DNA of 64,000 nt from Akkermansiaceae bacterium (GCA_051251915.1 JBPOGF010000005.1:32001-96000); one strand, 5' to 3'; shown: positions 40,987-50,688, numbered from the stretch's first letter. Program-made: numbers and translations. The notes: generated by a model from the letters alone, not told the origin.

Positions 40987-42987
40987 ATGAGTGAGATACG
41001 AGATGAGGTTGGGGTGTTGGTGACGGGTTCACTGGGAGGGCGTGATGGTGAGGTGGATGGTAGGGTGGCTGAGGTGGTGGGGAGTGTGGATGAGGGGGCA
41101 TTGGTTGTTTTGAAGGGGGTGTTTGCTGGTGGGGGGAGAGTGGTGCCTTGGTATAAGTATAGGTGTTGGTGGCGGTTGGGTTTGTGGGTGGTGTTTTTGG
41201 TGATGATGGTGTGCAGTTATTTTGTGGGGAGGGGGCAGGTGAGGGATATTTCGATGGCTGTTGCTACGAGTGGTTTTTCGGGTGGGTATCTCAGTACGTT
41301 TTCTAAATCAGGTTCTTCTGGTGAGCTTGGTAGGTTTAGTGAGGAGGAGAAGCGGTTTCTTGGTGGTGATCCTGTTGATTTATGGATGGGTGATAGGGGT
41401 GATAAGGGGTATGCGGCTGATTATGTGATTTCTTATGAATCTATGCATGGTGTGTTTCCTGCTGATCTGCTTGAGATAGGGAAGGAGGCAGATCCAGATA
41501 ATCCGTGGTATTTGTATCTGAAGGTGGCAGAGCTGGATTCTGAGGCTGTGGAGGTGGTGAAGCCCAGTGGGGTGAAGAATAATAAGTTTAGGATGGTGAG
41601 GAAGTACACGGTGCTTGATGAGGGGATGTATGAGGAGGCTTTAGGGTTGCTGGAGGAGGCTGATGGTATGGGGAGGTTGGTACAGCATCGGTATAAGTTG
41701 TTAGAGAGGCGGTTGGGGGTTTATAAGTCTAAGATGGAGCCTAATTTTAGAAATAAGGCTTTTTGGATTACTGAGGCTATCTCACATTCTTATGGTGGGA
41801 TGCATTATTTGAGGGTGGTTGAGATGTTTGGTGCGAAGTTTTATGAGCTTTCGCTGAATGGGGATAGGGGAGAGGTGGAGAAGTGGCTGGGGATTTATGA
41901 GCGGTTTGTGGGGGCGATTTTAGAGGATGAGAATAATCTGATAGAGATGCTTATTGTGAAGGCGGCGCTTACGGGGAATTTATCTCTTATGAAGGCAGCT
42001 GCTGAGAGGGTGGGGCTGGATAACGAGGCTGATAGAGTAGAGGCGTGTCTTGGTTTGTTAGAGGGGAATGAGGTTTTGCTGAAGGCGAAGAGGGATGCGA
42101 ATGAGCCGCCGGATGCTGGGATATGTGGGGTTTTTGGGAGGTATATGTTTGATAGTAAGGTGAGTCTTGAGGGGCGGCAGCTAGGTGCGGATGATTTTGC
42201 TTGGGAGCGGAATGGGGATCATTCTTTGCTGACGAAATGGCTAGCTTTGGTGATGAGTGTGATTTTGATGGTGATGTTATTTTTTGGAGCGAGTTATTTG
42301 TTGTATAGGGGTAAGTTAGGTAGGGTGATGGGGAGTAGGTTGATTGGTGTTTTGAGTTGGAAGGAGTGGGTTGGGGTTGTTTGTTTTGGGGTGCTTTTTC
42401 CGATTTTATTTTATTATGTGATTAACCAGTTTAGTTCACTGGGTGTGCGGAGGTGGGGGATCTTTGCGGGTGGGGGGTATTCTGTGTTGGTTCAGTTTGT
42501 TAGTATGGTTTTGCTGGTGTTGTGGATGAGTTATGTGTGCTTGCGGTGGCGGCTGAGTGTGAGGTTGCCGGGTGTGGTGAGGGGGAATGGTGTTTGGGAG
42601 TGGCTGGCAGTGGCGGGAGCTTTGGGTTCTTTGTTGTTGGTGGGGTGGAGTGGATATGAGATGGGGTGGGTAATTTGTGTTTGCTTGGGTTTGTTGATGT
42701 ATTCATTTGGGTATTTCTTGGTGAGGGGGATGCGAGGGCTGATAGATCAGAGGGGGGTGATGGCTGTGGCTGTGATGAATCATGGGATGATTTCTTTGAT
42801 GGCATTGTTCTCGATATTGATGATGTTGATGGTGCCGTTTTATTATGCTGATGAGCAACGGTGTGTGCGGGAGGATGAGTTGTTTACGTTTGATCCTGAG
42901 AAGTATTTTGAAGATGAGCATTCTTGGGAAGTGAGGGAAAATATGAGGAAGGAGTTGAAGGGGTATTTGGAGATGATTCGGAGATGA
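40987..42987 (+). CDS. Multi-pass membrane protein with a large soluble domain (paralog 2)
   Basis: DPDNPWYLYL vs DPGNSYYYYL, KFYELS.NG and WRLSVRLPG shared with 39013-40974. Confidence 0.75.
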   Translation: MSEIRDEVGVLVTGSLGGRDGEVDGRVAEVVGSVDEGALVVLKGVFAGGGRVVPWYKYRCWWRLGLWVVFLVMMVCSYFVGRGQVRDISMAVATSGFSGGYLSTFSKSGSSGELGRFSEEEKRFLGGDPVDLWMGDRGDKGYAADYVISYESMHGVFPADLLEIGKEADPDNPWYLYLKVAELDSEAVEVVKPSGVKNNKFRMVRKYTVLDEGMYEEALGLLEEADGMGRLVQHRYKLLERRLGVYKSKMEPNFRNKAFWITEAISHSYGGMHYLRVVEMFGAKFYELSLNGDRGEVEKWLGIYERFVGAILEDENNLIEMLIVKAALTGNLSLMKAAAERVGLDNEADRVEACLGLLEGNEVLLKAKRDANEPPDAGICGVFGRYMFDSKVSLEGRQLGADDFAWERNGDHSLLTKWLALVMSVILMVMLFFGASYLLYRGKLGRVMGSRLIGVLSWKEWVGVVCFGVLFPILFYYVINQFSSLGVRRWGIFAGGGYSVLVQFVSMVLLVLWMSYVCLRWRLSVRLPGVVRGNGVWEWLAVAGALGSLLLVGWSGYEMGWVICVCLGLLMYSFGYFLVRGMRGLIDQRGVMAVAVMNHGMISLMALFSILMMLMVPFYYADEQRCVREDELFTFDPEKYFEDEHSWEVRENMRKELKGYLEMIRR

Positions 42988-43089
42988 TTCGGTGATGATC
43001 TGGTTGGCTGGGGGTAAGTTTTAGGTTCTTTTGATTGGTGGTATTTTGGTTGGCACGATTTTATTGAGATGCTAGTTTTGGGTATCATT

Positions 43090-43431
43090 ATGAGAATAAT
43101 ATATAAGACTATGTTGATGGGTGGGGCTGCTGCGTGTGTGGTGGGGTTCACTTCGTGTGCGGGGACTGATGCTGTGGCTGAGGTTAGTCATTTAGGTGGT
43201 GTTGGGAAGAAGGGGGTGAAGACTGTGGAGATGGAGCTGATGGGGTTGGTCTGAGTGTCTTCATGCCCAGCGAAGGTGCGGTCTGCACTTTCTGAGCTTG
43301 ATGGAGTGATTTCAGCAGAGACTACGCAGACGTCTGCGGTGGTGGTGCTGGATAGAGATAAGGTGACGGATACTCAGTTGATCGATGCGGTGCGGGGTGC
43401 TGGGAATGATTTTGATGCTAGGGTGAAATAA
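43090..43431 (+). CDS. HMA (MerP/CopZ-like) domain lipoprotein with in-frame UGA; candidate selenoprotein
   Basis: Lipobox FTSC; TVEMELMGLV-UGA(43252-43254)-VSSCPAKVRSALSELDGV...VTDTQLIDAVRGAGNDFDARVK*; 58 further sense codons after the UGA complete an HMA-like pattern. Confidence 0.78.
43272..43292 (+). promoter_or_regulatory. Putative bacterial SECIS element
   Basis: GAAGGUGC-GGUCU-GCACUUUC hairpin; apical loop starts with G 26 nt after the UGA; core UGCGGUCUGCA resembles E. coli fdhF UGCAGGUCUGCA. Confidence 0.7.
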
Positions 43432-43448
43432 TGGATTTAGTAGTTTAA

Positions 43449-43766
43449 TTGACTATGAGCTTGAAACAGGAGAGGGTAGATCCTTATGAGACGCCATTGA
43501 CAGATGCTAGGTTGGTGGCGGCAGAGGATGCGGGAGCGGGTGCTCCGGTGAGGGGGGTGGTTAAGGAGTTTCCTGGTGTGCGGGTGACTGGGAGAAGGGC
43601 GGGTTTTGTGACGGTTGTCGCGGGCGTGATGTTAGGTATGGGGGTGAATGGTTTTATGGATTCGGCGATATTTGGTATAGTACTTTTCCAGGTCTTGGCT
43701 GTTTGGGTGGCGTCTGTGGTGATGTTTCTGATCTCTTGTATGAGGAGGATAAAGATGGTGGGGTGA
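43449..43766 (+). CDS. Small two-TM membrane protein
   Basis: DPYETP N-terminal motif; two hydrophobic helices. Confidence 0.55.
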   Translation: MTMSLKQERVDPYETPLTDARLVAAEDAGAGAPVRGVVKEFPGVRVTGRRAGFVTVVAGVMLGMGVNGFMDSAIFGIVLFQVLAVWVASVVMFLISCMRRIKMVG

Positions 43767-43821
43767 GGGCTTAGTGCGATTTTTCATTGATAAATGAGTT
43801 TGGGGACGGCATAAATCTGTC

Positions 43822-44688
43822 ATGAACATGATCTACCACACTCTTCTTAATGTGCCATCAGCGGTTGCTGCTGGTGAGCCGACTCTTATCTCAGCGATTG
43901 GGACCTTGGTGATGTTAATCGCTTTGCAGGCGGTGTTAGGATTTGATAACTTACTTTACATTTCTCTGGAGTCTAAGCGTGCTCCTAAGGAATCTCAGGC
44001 TAATGTGCGGAAGTGGGGGATAGGTATTGCGGTGGCTTTGAGGATTGTGTTGTTGTTCACTCTTGTGGCGTTGGTGTCTAAGATTTCTAATTCATTGTTT
44101 GCTGTGGATACTGAGTGGTTTAGTGGTGATTTTAATTTGCATGCGATCATTGTTTTGATTGGTGGTGTGTTTATTTTATACACGGCGACTAAGGAAGTGC
44201 TGCATATGATGCGGATAGAGCATGGGCATGGGGTGGATACTAAGCCTGCGTCTGTGAAGAAGGTGGTGAGTATGATCGTGGCGGTGAATGTGGTGTTTTC
44301 TTTTGACTCTATTCTTTCTGCTATGGCACTGGCTCAGTATAAGGATGTTGATGGTAGTGTGCATCATATTATGTGGGTGATGGTGGTGGCTATTTTGATC
44401 TCTGGTGTGTTGATGATTTGGTTAGCGGATAAGGTTTCTGAGTTCTTGCAGAGGAATCGTATGTATGAGGTTCTTGGGTTGTTTATTCTTTTTGTGGTGG
44501 GCATCATGCTTCTTACAGAGGGGGCGCATCTGGGGCATATGAAGTTGTTTGGAAATGCCATTATGCCGATGACTAAGACGACGTTCTACTTTGTGATCGC
44601 GGTGTTGGTGGTGACTGATATTGTGCAGACTCGCTATCAGAAAAAGCTTCTATCGGAGACGGCTAGGGCTGAGGATAATGCAGCTTAA
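43822..44688 (+). CDS. terC: TerC-family membrane protein
   Basis: LQAVLGFDNLLYIS, VFSFDSILSA, multiple TMs. Confidence 0.9.
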   Translation: MNMIYHTLLNVPSAVAAGEPTLISAIGTLVMLIALQAVLGFDNLLYISLESKRAPKESQANVRKWGIGIAVALRIVLLFTLVALVSKISNSLFAVDTEWFSGDFNLHAIIVLIGGVFILYTATKEVLHMMRIEHGHGVDTKPASVKKVVSMIVAVNVVFSFDSILSAMALAQYKDVDGSVHHIMWVMVVAILISGVLMIWLADKVSEFLQRNRMYEVLGLFILFVVGIMLLTEGAHLGHMKLFGNAIMPMTKTTFYFVIAVLVVTDIVQTRYQKKLLSETARAEDNAA

Positions 44689-45904
44689 GCTTGATAGATT
44701 TTTTGCTGAGGTTGAGCAGTTTTGTGAGTTTGGTGAGCGGACGCTGACCGAGCATAAGGAGATCTGTGGGCAGAGTGTGGCGTTTTATGTGAATGAGTTC
44801 TGGACGTCTAAGCAGCGGGTGGCGCATCCGCTGCATGAGGTTTCATACCGGGCTTGTTTTAAGCCGCAGTTGCCGAGGTTTTTTGTGGAGAGGCTGACGG
44901 TGGAGGGGGATGTGGTTTATGATCCATTTATGGGTAGGGGGACTACGTTACTGGAGTCTGCTCTGATGGGGCGTAGGGTGGCTGGGAATGATATTAATCC
45001 GCTGAGTAAGATTTTGTGTTTGCCTAGGTTGAGCCCACCGAGTTTGGAGGAGGTGGGTGTGAGGTTAGATGAAATTTCGCTAGAGGCTACGGTGGAGTCT
45101 AGGAGGGGTGAGGATGAGGAGTTGTTGGCATTTTATCATGAGGATACTCTGAGTGAGATTAGTGCACTGCGGGGTTATTTTGTGGGTCGTGAGGAGGCTG
45201 GGGAGCTGGATGGGGTGGATAGGTGGATAAGGATGGTGGCTACGAATCGGCTTACGGGTCATTCTCCGGGGTTTTTCTCGGTGTATACGATGCCGCCGAA
45301 TCAGGCGGTGACGGCGGAGCGGCAGCGGATGATCAATGAGAAGCGTGGGCAGGTGCCGGTGGCGAAGGATGTGAGGGCGATTATTTATAAGAAGTCTAAG
45401 CAGTTGTTGAGTAGGGTGACGGTTTTTGATGAGAAGTTATTAGAGGGTGCAGAGCCTTTGTTGACTACGAGTCAGGCAGAGAGCACGGATGAGATTCCGA
45501 GTGGGAGTGTGAAGCTGGTGGTGACTTCGCCGCCGTTTCTTGATGTGGTGGACTACAGGACGGATAATTGGTTGCGGTGTTGGTTTAATGGGATTGATTC
45601 CTCTGAATTGCCGATTTCTCAGCTTAAGTCTGAGGAATTGTGGGTGGGGAAGATGACGGAGGTGTTTAGGGAGTTGGGGCGATTGTTGGAAGATGATGGG
45701 GTGGTGGCATTTGAGGTGGGGGAGGTGAAGAAGGGGAAGTTGATGTTGGAGGAGCTGGTGATCAGAGCGGCCTTGGGGGCGGGGCTGACTGTTCATGGTG
45801 TGATGATCAATGCGCAGGAATTTACGAAGACGGCGAACTGTTGGGGGGTGGATAACAAGTCGAAGGGGACGAATACGAACCGGATTGTGATCCTCTCAAA
45901 GTAG
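44678..45904 (+). CDS. Amino-type DNA methyltransferase (N4mC/N6mA), orphan
   Basis: Motif I DPFMGRGTT near the N-terminus; motif IV TSPPF near the C-terminus; ATG 44678. Confidence 0.85.
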   Translation: MQLKLDRFFAEVEQFCEFGERTLTEHKEICGQSVAFYVNEFWTSKQRVAHPLHEVSYRACFKPQLPRFFVERLTVEGDVVYDPFMGRGTTLLESALMGRRVAGNDINPLSKILCLPRLSPPSLEEVGVRLDEISLEATVESRRGEDEELLAFYHEDTLSEISALRGYFVGREEAGELDGVDRWIRMVATNRLTGHSPGFFSVYTMPPNQAVTAERQRMINEKRGQVPVAKDVRAIIYKKSKQLLSRVTVFDEKLLEGAEPLLTTSQAESTDEIPSGSVKLVVTSPPFLDVVDYRTDNWLRCWFNGIDSSELPISQLKSEELWVGKMTEVFRELGRLLEDDGVVAFEVGEVKKGKLMLEELVIRAALGAGLTVHGVMINAQEFTKTANCWGVDNKSKGTNTNRIVILSK

Positions 45905-46443
45905 TGGGGATGAGGACGGGACATGGCATTATTTTAAGGCTGACTAAGCTTACGGAGACGAGCTTGATAGTGACTTGGTGTGTGGAAGGGGTGGGGCTGG
46001 TGAAGACTGTGGCGAAGGGGGCGAGGCGGCCGAAGAGTGCGTTTGCAGGGAAGCTGGATTTGTTTTATTCTGCTGAGTTGTCTTGGGTGCCGAGTGCTAA
46101 GAGTGAGCTTGGTACGCTGAGGGAGCTAGTAGTGGCTGAATATGCTGAGGGGATACGTAAGATTTATAAGAACACGATGGTGGCGGGGTATTTCGCAACT
46201 TTACTAGAGTATGTGATGGAGGCTGGTGAGGTGGATGATGATGCTTATGGGCTGCTGGTCCGAGCTTATCGGTATCTTACTGAGAAGCCAGTAGAATGGA
46301 AGGCGGTGGTTCATTTTGAGAAGGAGCTTACTATTTTATTAGGTGTCTGGGATGGAAAAAGTCAGCCGCATCTTTGTCTGAGACGAGCGTTTGGTGGATT
46401 GCCAAAAAACAGAACGTCTTGTGAAGATTTATTTCGAGATTGA
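45904..46443 (+). CDS. recO: DNA repair protein RecO
   Basis: GIILR...ETSLIVTW...G.VKTVAKGARRPKSAFAGKLDLF. Confidence 0.88.
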   Translation: MGMRTGHGIILRLTKLTETSLIVTWCVEGVGLVKTVAKGARRPKSAFAGKLDLFYSAELSWVPSAKSELGTLRELVVAEYAEGIRKIYKNTMVAGYFATLLEYVMEAGEVDDDAYGLLVRAYRYLTEKPVEWKAVVHFEKELTILLGVWDGKSQPHLCLRRAFGGLPKNRTSCEDLFRD

Positions 46444-46542
46444 GATTAATTTTTTAAAATTACGAATTATTTTTTAAAATAAATGTCTTTCATTTCTTAG
46501 GCCCGTAGTTTAGAAAACATGATTATTAGAAGGTAGATAACT

Positions 46543-47433
46543 ATGGATTTTGGAACAGGCAACTTAATAGAAAAGCTCTCAGAGAGGGTGTTAGAACTGG
46601 TAAATGCGGGCAATTGGGATGAGGCTATGAGTGCGGCAGATGAGGCAGTAGAGATTGCGAGATCTTCTAACGATGGAGAGCTCCATGACATGATAGAGTT
46701 GGCTGGTGCGCTTGAGATTAAAGCAGACTTACTCCGTCAGCAGAATTACTTTGAAGATTCTCGGGTTATATACTTAGAGGCATCGGAAATGCTTAATGGT
46801 AAGCCGGAGTGTGCTGAAATATTGGCACGTATTAGTGCTAGTGTTGGTGTGCTGTATGATTTTGCTGAGAATGATGAAGAGGCGATTCTGTGCTATGAGC
46901 GTGCAATCGAAATGTATGAGCAGCTTGGGCCAAATTTTGTAGAGGAAGTAGCGGATATTTGTAATAATCTTGGATTTATCTATCGCAGTATTGGCAATAT
47001 GGATACGGCGGAAACTTTGTTTCTGAAGGGACTCGAGATTTGTCATGAAGCTTATGGCAAGAATCATGAGAAGACGGCGATCTTATTTAATAATGTGGGT
47101 GCGCTCTATCTCAAGTCTGGCTATGATGAGCAGGCACGGAATATGCATTCATTAGCTCTAGAGGGTAGATTAGCGAGCTTGGGTGAGGATCATCCAGACA
47201 CTGCGCAGTCCTATGCGAATTTGGCGTTATCCATTGCTCAGATGGGTGAGAGGGCTAAAGCTAAAGAATTTTTCCTGAAGGCGCTGGCTATTTATGAGAG
47301 ACACATAAAGACTGAACCTGATGAGTATGCGGCAGTGGCGGCGAACTATGCGGAATTTCTCAGCACTGAGGAAGGTGATAATGGTTCATCAGAGGTGATC
47401 GAGAAGGCTCAACAGGCTTTGGCGAGTGCTTAG
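46543..47433 (+). CDS. Tetratricopeptide repeat protein
   Basis: Repeated NNLG..Y/AL.I units; HPDTAQSYANLA. Confidence 0.88.
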   Translation: MDFGTGNLIEKLSERVLELVNAGNWDEAMSAADEAVEIARSSNDGELHDMIELAGALEIKADLLRQQNYFEDSRVIYLEASEMLNGKPECAEILARISASVGVLYDFAENDEEAILCYERAIEMYEQLGPNFVEEVADICNNLGFIYRSIGNMDTAETLFLKGLEICHEAYGKNHEKTAILFNNVGALYLKSGYDEQARNMHSLALEGRLASLGEDHPDTAQSYANLALSIAQMGERAKAKEFFLKALAIYERHIKTEPDEYAAVAANYAEFLSTEEGDNGSSEVIEKAQQALASA

Positions 47434-47504
47434 TAATTTGCATTTAGTTTCTTAAGTTTAAAATTGAATGGCGCAGTCACAATTTATCAGATAGCCTGCG
47501 CTGT

Positions 47505-48521
47505 ATGATCTCCAGAAGGAAAATCTCTTATAAGATAACTGATTCGCTGCGGCATTATCTTTATCATTACGGGCGTCTATCAGACATCCCTTTGGTGTAT
47601 GATGATCTTACGGGATTTATTGGGGCGATACCGTATGAGGATCCTAATGGTGATGAGACTTTGTGGTTAACCGTATTTTATTCTCCTGAGGTGATGGAGG
47701 AATTGCGAGTGAAGCTGACGAAGGTTTATGCGACGCTTAAGATAGGTGGTGATAGTAGCTATCACGAGCACTTAGTTGTGGATCGTATTGATCTGGGTGA
47801 GTTTGGAAATTCTCGTCCATTTAGGATTAAGATTACGAATCAGTTTAATGATAACTCGGACTATTATTATGTGAAGGTGGCGGATGCTTCTAGGATCTAC
47901 GGGCTTGAGTTAGAGCATATTCTTTCACCGAATAGGATGAATTATATTGTGAATGGTGATACGCTGATCGAGAACCATGTGGCGGGACTTCCTGGGGATG
48001 TATTTTTGGGTGATTTGTTACAGAGTAAGAGGATTAATGCGGTGCGAATCGCTAAGGAATTTGTGAAATTTAATGAGCGGTGTTTCATTAGGTTACTGGG
48101 TGATATGCGTTCGGTGAACTACGTGGTGGACATCACGCCCGACTTTGAGGAAGTACAGTATCGGGTTCGGCCGATTGACTTTGACCAGCAGTCTTATGAG
48201 GGGAAATGTAAGATTTATCATTCTTATAATTTCAGCTCAAATCGGAATATTACACGACTTAGTTTTAAGAGTTTGAACCGGCGTACTATTCGCCAGTATG
48301 CGGAGGAAGAACGCTCTCAGATGTCGAATCGTGCGGCCTCGGAATCTCTAAGGCTCAGGGGGCTACTACGCATCATGAAGAAGGAAGACCTAGCTCCGAA
48401 GGAGAACATTGATCGATTGATCAGAGAGCTTAACCAGATTCACAAAACAGATATTTTTAGTGAGTGCACCAATATGGGTGAACTTACGGAGAAACACATT
48501 TACTACATGTTAAAATTATGA
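47505..48521 (+). CDS. Conserved hypothetical protein, possible atypical kinase fold
   Basis: YYVK, LLGDMRSVNY and PIDFD motifs. Confidence 0.65.
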   Translation: MISRRKISYKITDSLRHYLYHYGRLSDIPLVYDDLTGFIGAIPYEDPNGDETLWLTVFYSPEVMEELRVKLTKVYATLKIGGDSSYHEHLVVDRIDLGEFGNSRPFRIKITNQFNDNSDYYYVKVADASRIYGLELEHILSPNRMNYIVNGDTLIENHVAGLPGDVFLGDLLQSKRINAVRIAKEFVKFNERCFIRLLGDMRSVNYVVDITPDFEEVQYRVRPIDFDQQSYEGKCKIYHSYNFSSNRNITRLSFKSLNRRTIRQYAEEERSQMSNRAASESLRLRGLLRIMKKEDLAPKENIDRLIRELNQIHKTDIFSECTNMGELTEKHIYYMLKL

Positions 48522-49093
48522 TCATCGCATTTAATAAACCTTACGGGGTACTCAGTCAGTTCAACGAGAATCCAGATAATCCTGGGCAGAAGACGCTAGC
48601 TTCATTTGATTTGCCACCGGAATTTACACCTGTGGGAAGGCTAGATATGGACTCTGAGGGGTTGTTGCTGATCACGGATGAGCAGCAGTTAGAGGCTGAT
48701 CTTTTGCGTCCTCATAAGCAGCATGTGCGCACCTATTTGGTGCAGGTGGATGGTAAGCCAACGTTGGCCGATATGCGTGATCTGGCGGCTGGTGGTTTAG
48801 AGATCCGTGGTCATGTTACGAAGCCTTGTTTTGCTCAATTGGTAGGTGGAGAGCCTAGAAAACTTACCCCTAGGGAGCCGGCTGTGGATGCGGCATCTGA
48901 GAAGCGTTCATCCTGGATCATGCTTAGGCTGAAAGAGGGGAAGAACCGCCAAGTGCGTAGGATGACTGCGAAGATAGGTTATCCGACTTTGAGGCTGATA
49001 CGCTCTAGTATTGGCGAGTATGACTTAGGTGACCTGGAGTCAGGCAAGTGGGTGGTGCTAGATGAGGATGATGTGGAAGCACTTAAGAAGTAG
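48518..49093 (+). CDS. rluE: rRNA pseudouridine synthase (RsuA family, RluE-like)
   Basis: FNKPYGVLSQF, VGRLDMDSEGLLL, EGKNRQVRRMTA. Confidence 0.9.
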   Translation: MIIAFNKPYGVLSQFNENPDNPGQKTLASFDLPPEFTPVGRLDMDSEGLLLITDEQQLEADLLRPHKQHVRTYLVQVDGKPTLADMRDLAAGGLEIRGHVTKPCFAQLVGGEPRKLTPREPAVDAASEKRSSWIMLRLKEGKNRQVRRMTAKIGYPTLRLIRSSIGEYDLGDLESGKWVVLDEDDVEALKK

Positions 49094-49150
49094 GGGGCTT
49101 CGCCTGTTATTGGGGCGGATTCTTTGGTGATTGGAAATGGAAAACTTCTG

Positions 49151-49465
49151 CTAGTTCTGTAGCTCAGTGGAGCAGGACCAGCAGGTCTCGAAATTTGCGG
49201 GGTTGGACTCGTTGCAGTGGGGGCAGTTGATGTCTGGACTGTTGGATTCCGTTTGTTCACGGAGCATGATTTCTTTGAGGATATCTAGGGCTTTCTTGTG
49301 GTCTTTCTCGTCCATGATGCAGAGGGCGGGGTAGAAGACAGGGATGGGGATTTCAGTCATGGCGATGGATTCATTTCTGAGGAGAGTTGCTATGCCTTGC
49401 TCTTCTAGTGCGCGCTGGTAGAAGCTTACTTTGATGAGGTTGGCGTGTCTGAAGATCTCTGTCAT
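49151..49465 (-). CDS. DUF2007-like protein with C-terminal Zn ribbon
   Basis: LEEQGI...RNE N-terminal domain; CPHC...FETCWSC. Confidence 0.78.
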   Translation of the reverse strand: MTEIFRHANLIKVSFYQRALEEQGIATLLRNESIAMTEIPIPVFYPALCIMDEKDHKKALDILKEIMLREQTESNSPDINCPHCNESNPANFETCWSCSTELQN

Positions 49466-49504
49466 GTTGTTTAGTATAGTCGAGCAAGGGGAATAAGCGA
49501 AAAC

Positions 49505-49531
49505 AAAAAAGGGCCCAAGGTTGGACCTTGA
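49505..49531 (-). terminator. Terminator-like hairpin (core shared with 55241-55258)
   Basis: caaggt-tgg-accttg with an A-run on the + strand. Confidence 0.5.
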
Positions 49532-49567
49532 AGTTGTTGAAAGAGAGCTTGGGCGGGTTTCTTCACA

Positions 49568-50671
49568 CTAGCTTAGGCATTCAGGCTTGATGTCCTGAAT
49601 GCTTTTGCAGCCAGCTAGTGCCATGGTCATTTCTAGTTCGGCTCTTAGGATGCGGAGTGTGTGTGCTACGCCTACGGCTCCTGCTGCGGCGAGGCCGTAG
49701 AGGATGGGGCGGCCTGTCATGACTGCATTTGCGCCTAGTGCGAGGGCTTTGAAGACGTCGCTACCGCGGTGGATTCCGCCGTCTAAGATGACTGGGACTT
49801 GTGAGTTTACTTCTTTTGCGATCTTAGCGAGGACTGCGAGGGTAGCTGGGGCTGTGTCTAGGACTCTGCCTCCGTGGTTGGAGATGATGATGCCTTTGGC
49901 TCCGTTTGTGATGGCTAGGCGGGCGTCTGCTGGGTGCATGACTCCTTTGAGGATGATGGGGAGGTTGGTGTGGGATGTGAGCCATTGGATATCTTCCCAG
50001 AGTGGGGCTGTTTCTAGCTGGGCGCTGCCGAAGACTCTGTCTGCTGGGGGGAGTTGGGTCATGCCTCTAAGGTTGACGGCATCGATACCGGCTGGGGGCT
50101 GGAAGTTGGCGCGGTGTTCGCGGTTACGTAGTCCATTTAGTGGGGCGTCTACGGTGACTACGAGTGCTGAGTAGCCTGCGGCTTCGGCGCGTTTTACGAG
50201 GTTTAGGGTGAATGCTCTGTCGTGCTGGATGTAGAGCTGGAACCATGGTGAGATACTGGCGTGGGCGGCTATTTCTTCTAGTGTGGTGGTGGCGGAAGTG
50301 CTGACCGTCATGAGTGTCTCTATGGCGGAGGATCCTAGGGCGGTGGCGATTTCTCCGTCTGGGTGAAACATGCGGTGATAGGCAGTGGGGGCGACGATGA
50401 TGGGGTGGTGGTATTTTGTGCCTAGAAGTTCTAGTTGGGTTGTGGCGCCGCGGAGATCTGCAAGGGCGCGGGGGATGATGGTGTGGTTGCGGTAGGCCTC
50501 GCGGTTTGATTGGAGTGTGTATTCATCTGCTGCGCCACCTGCGAGGTATGCCCAGATGCTAGGGGTCATGCGTTCTTTGGCCAGTGGGATGTAGTCATCT
50601 AGGGCAACGACATGGTGCGGAATCTGGGTGAGCGGAGGGAGGGGGGGTGGTGTGGTGGTGGACGTGGCCAT
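49568..50671 (-). CDS. FMN-dependent alpha-hydroxy acid oxidase/dehydrogenase
   Basis: GGAADE, WFQLY, VTVDAP, SNHGGRVLD, DGGIHRGSDVFKALALGA; start moved to ATG 50671. Confidence 0.93.
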   Translation of the reverse strand: MATSTTTPPPLPPLTQIPHHVVALDDYIPLAKERMTPSIWAYLAGGAADEYTLQSNREAYRNHTIIPRALADLRGATTQLELLGTKYHHPIIVAPTAYHRMFHPDGEIATALGSSAIETLMTVSTSATTTLEEIAAHASISPWFQLYIQHDRAFTLNLVKRAEAAGYSALVVTVDAPLNGLRNREHRANFQPPAGIDAVNLRGMTQLPPADRVFGSAQLETAPLWEDIQWLTSHTNLPIILKGVMHPADARLAITNGAKGIIISNHGGRVLDTAPATLAVLAKIAKEVNSQVPVILDGGIHRGSDVFKALALGANAVMTGRPILYGLAAAGAVGVAHTLRILRAELEMTMALAGCKSIQDIKPECLS

Positions 50672-50688
50672 GGTGAGTGTGGTGTCGT

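Noticed and set aside
43069..43254. 61-aa stand-alone ORF as given in the track
   Set aside because: It ends in the middle of an HMA motif; the reading frame and domain pattern continue past the UGA
43764..43790. UGA read-through at other TGA-ending genes (checked here for the 43449-43766 ORF)
   Set aside because: The frame closes again within a few codons, with no Cys-motif context or SECIS-like hairpin
46449..46480. attttttaaaat repeated at 20-nt spacing upstream of the TPR gene
   Set aside because: Low-complexity AT-rich promoter DNA; cannot be distinguished from chance
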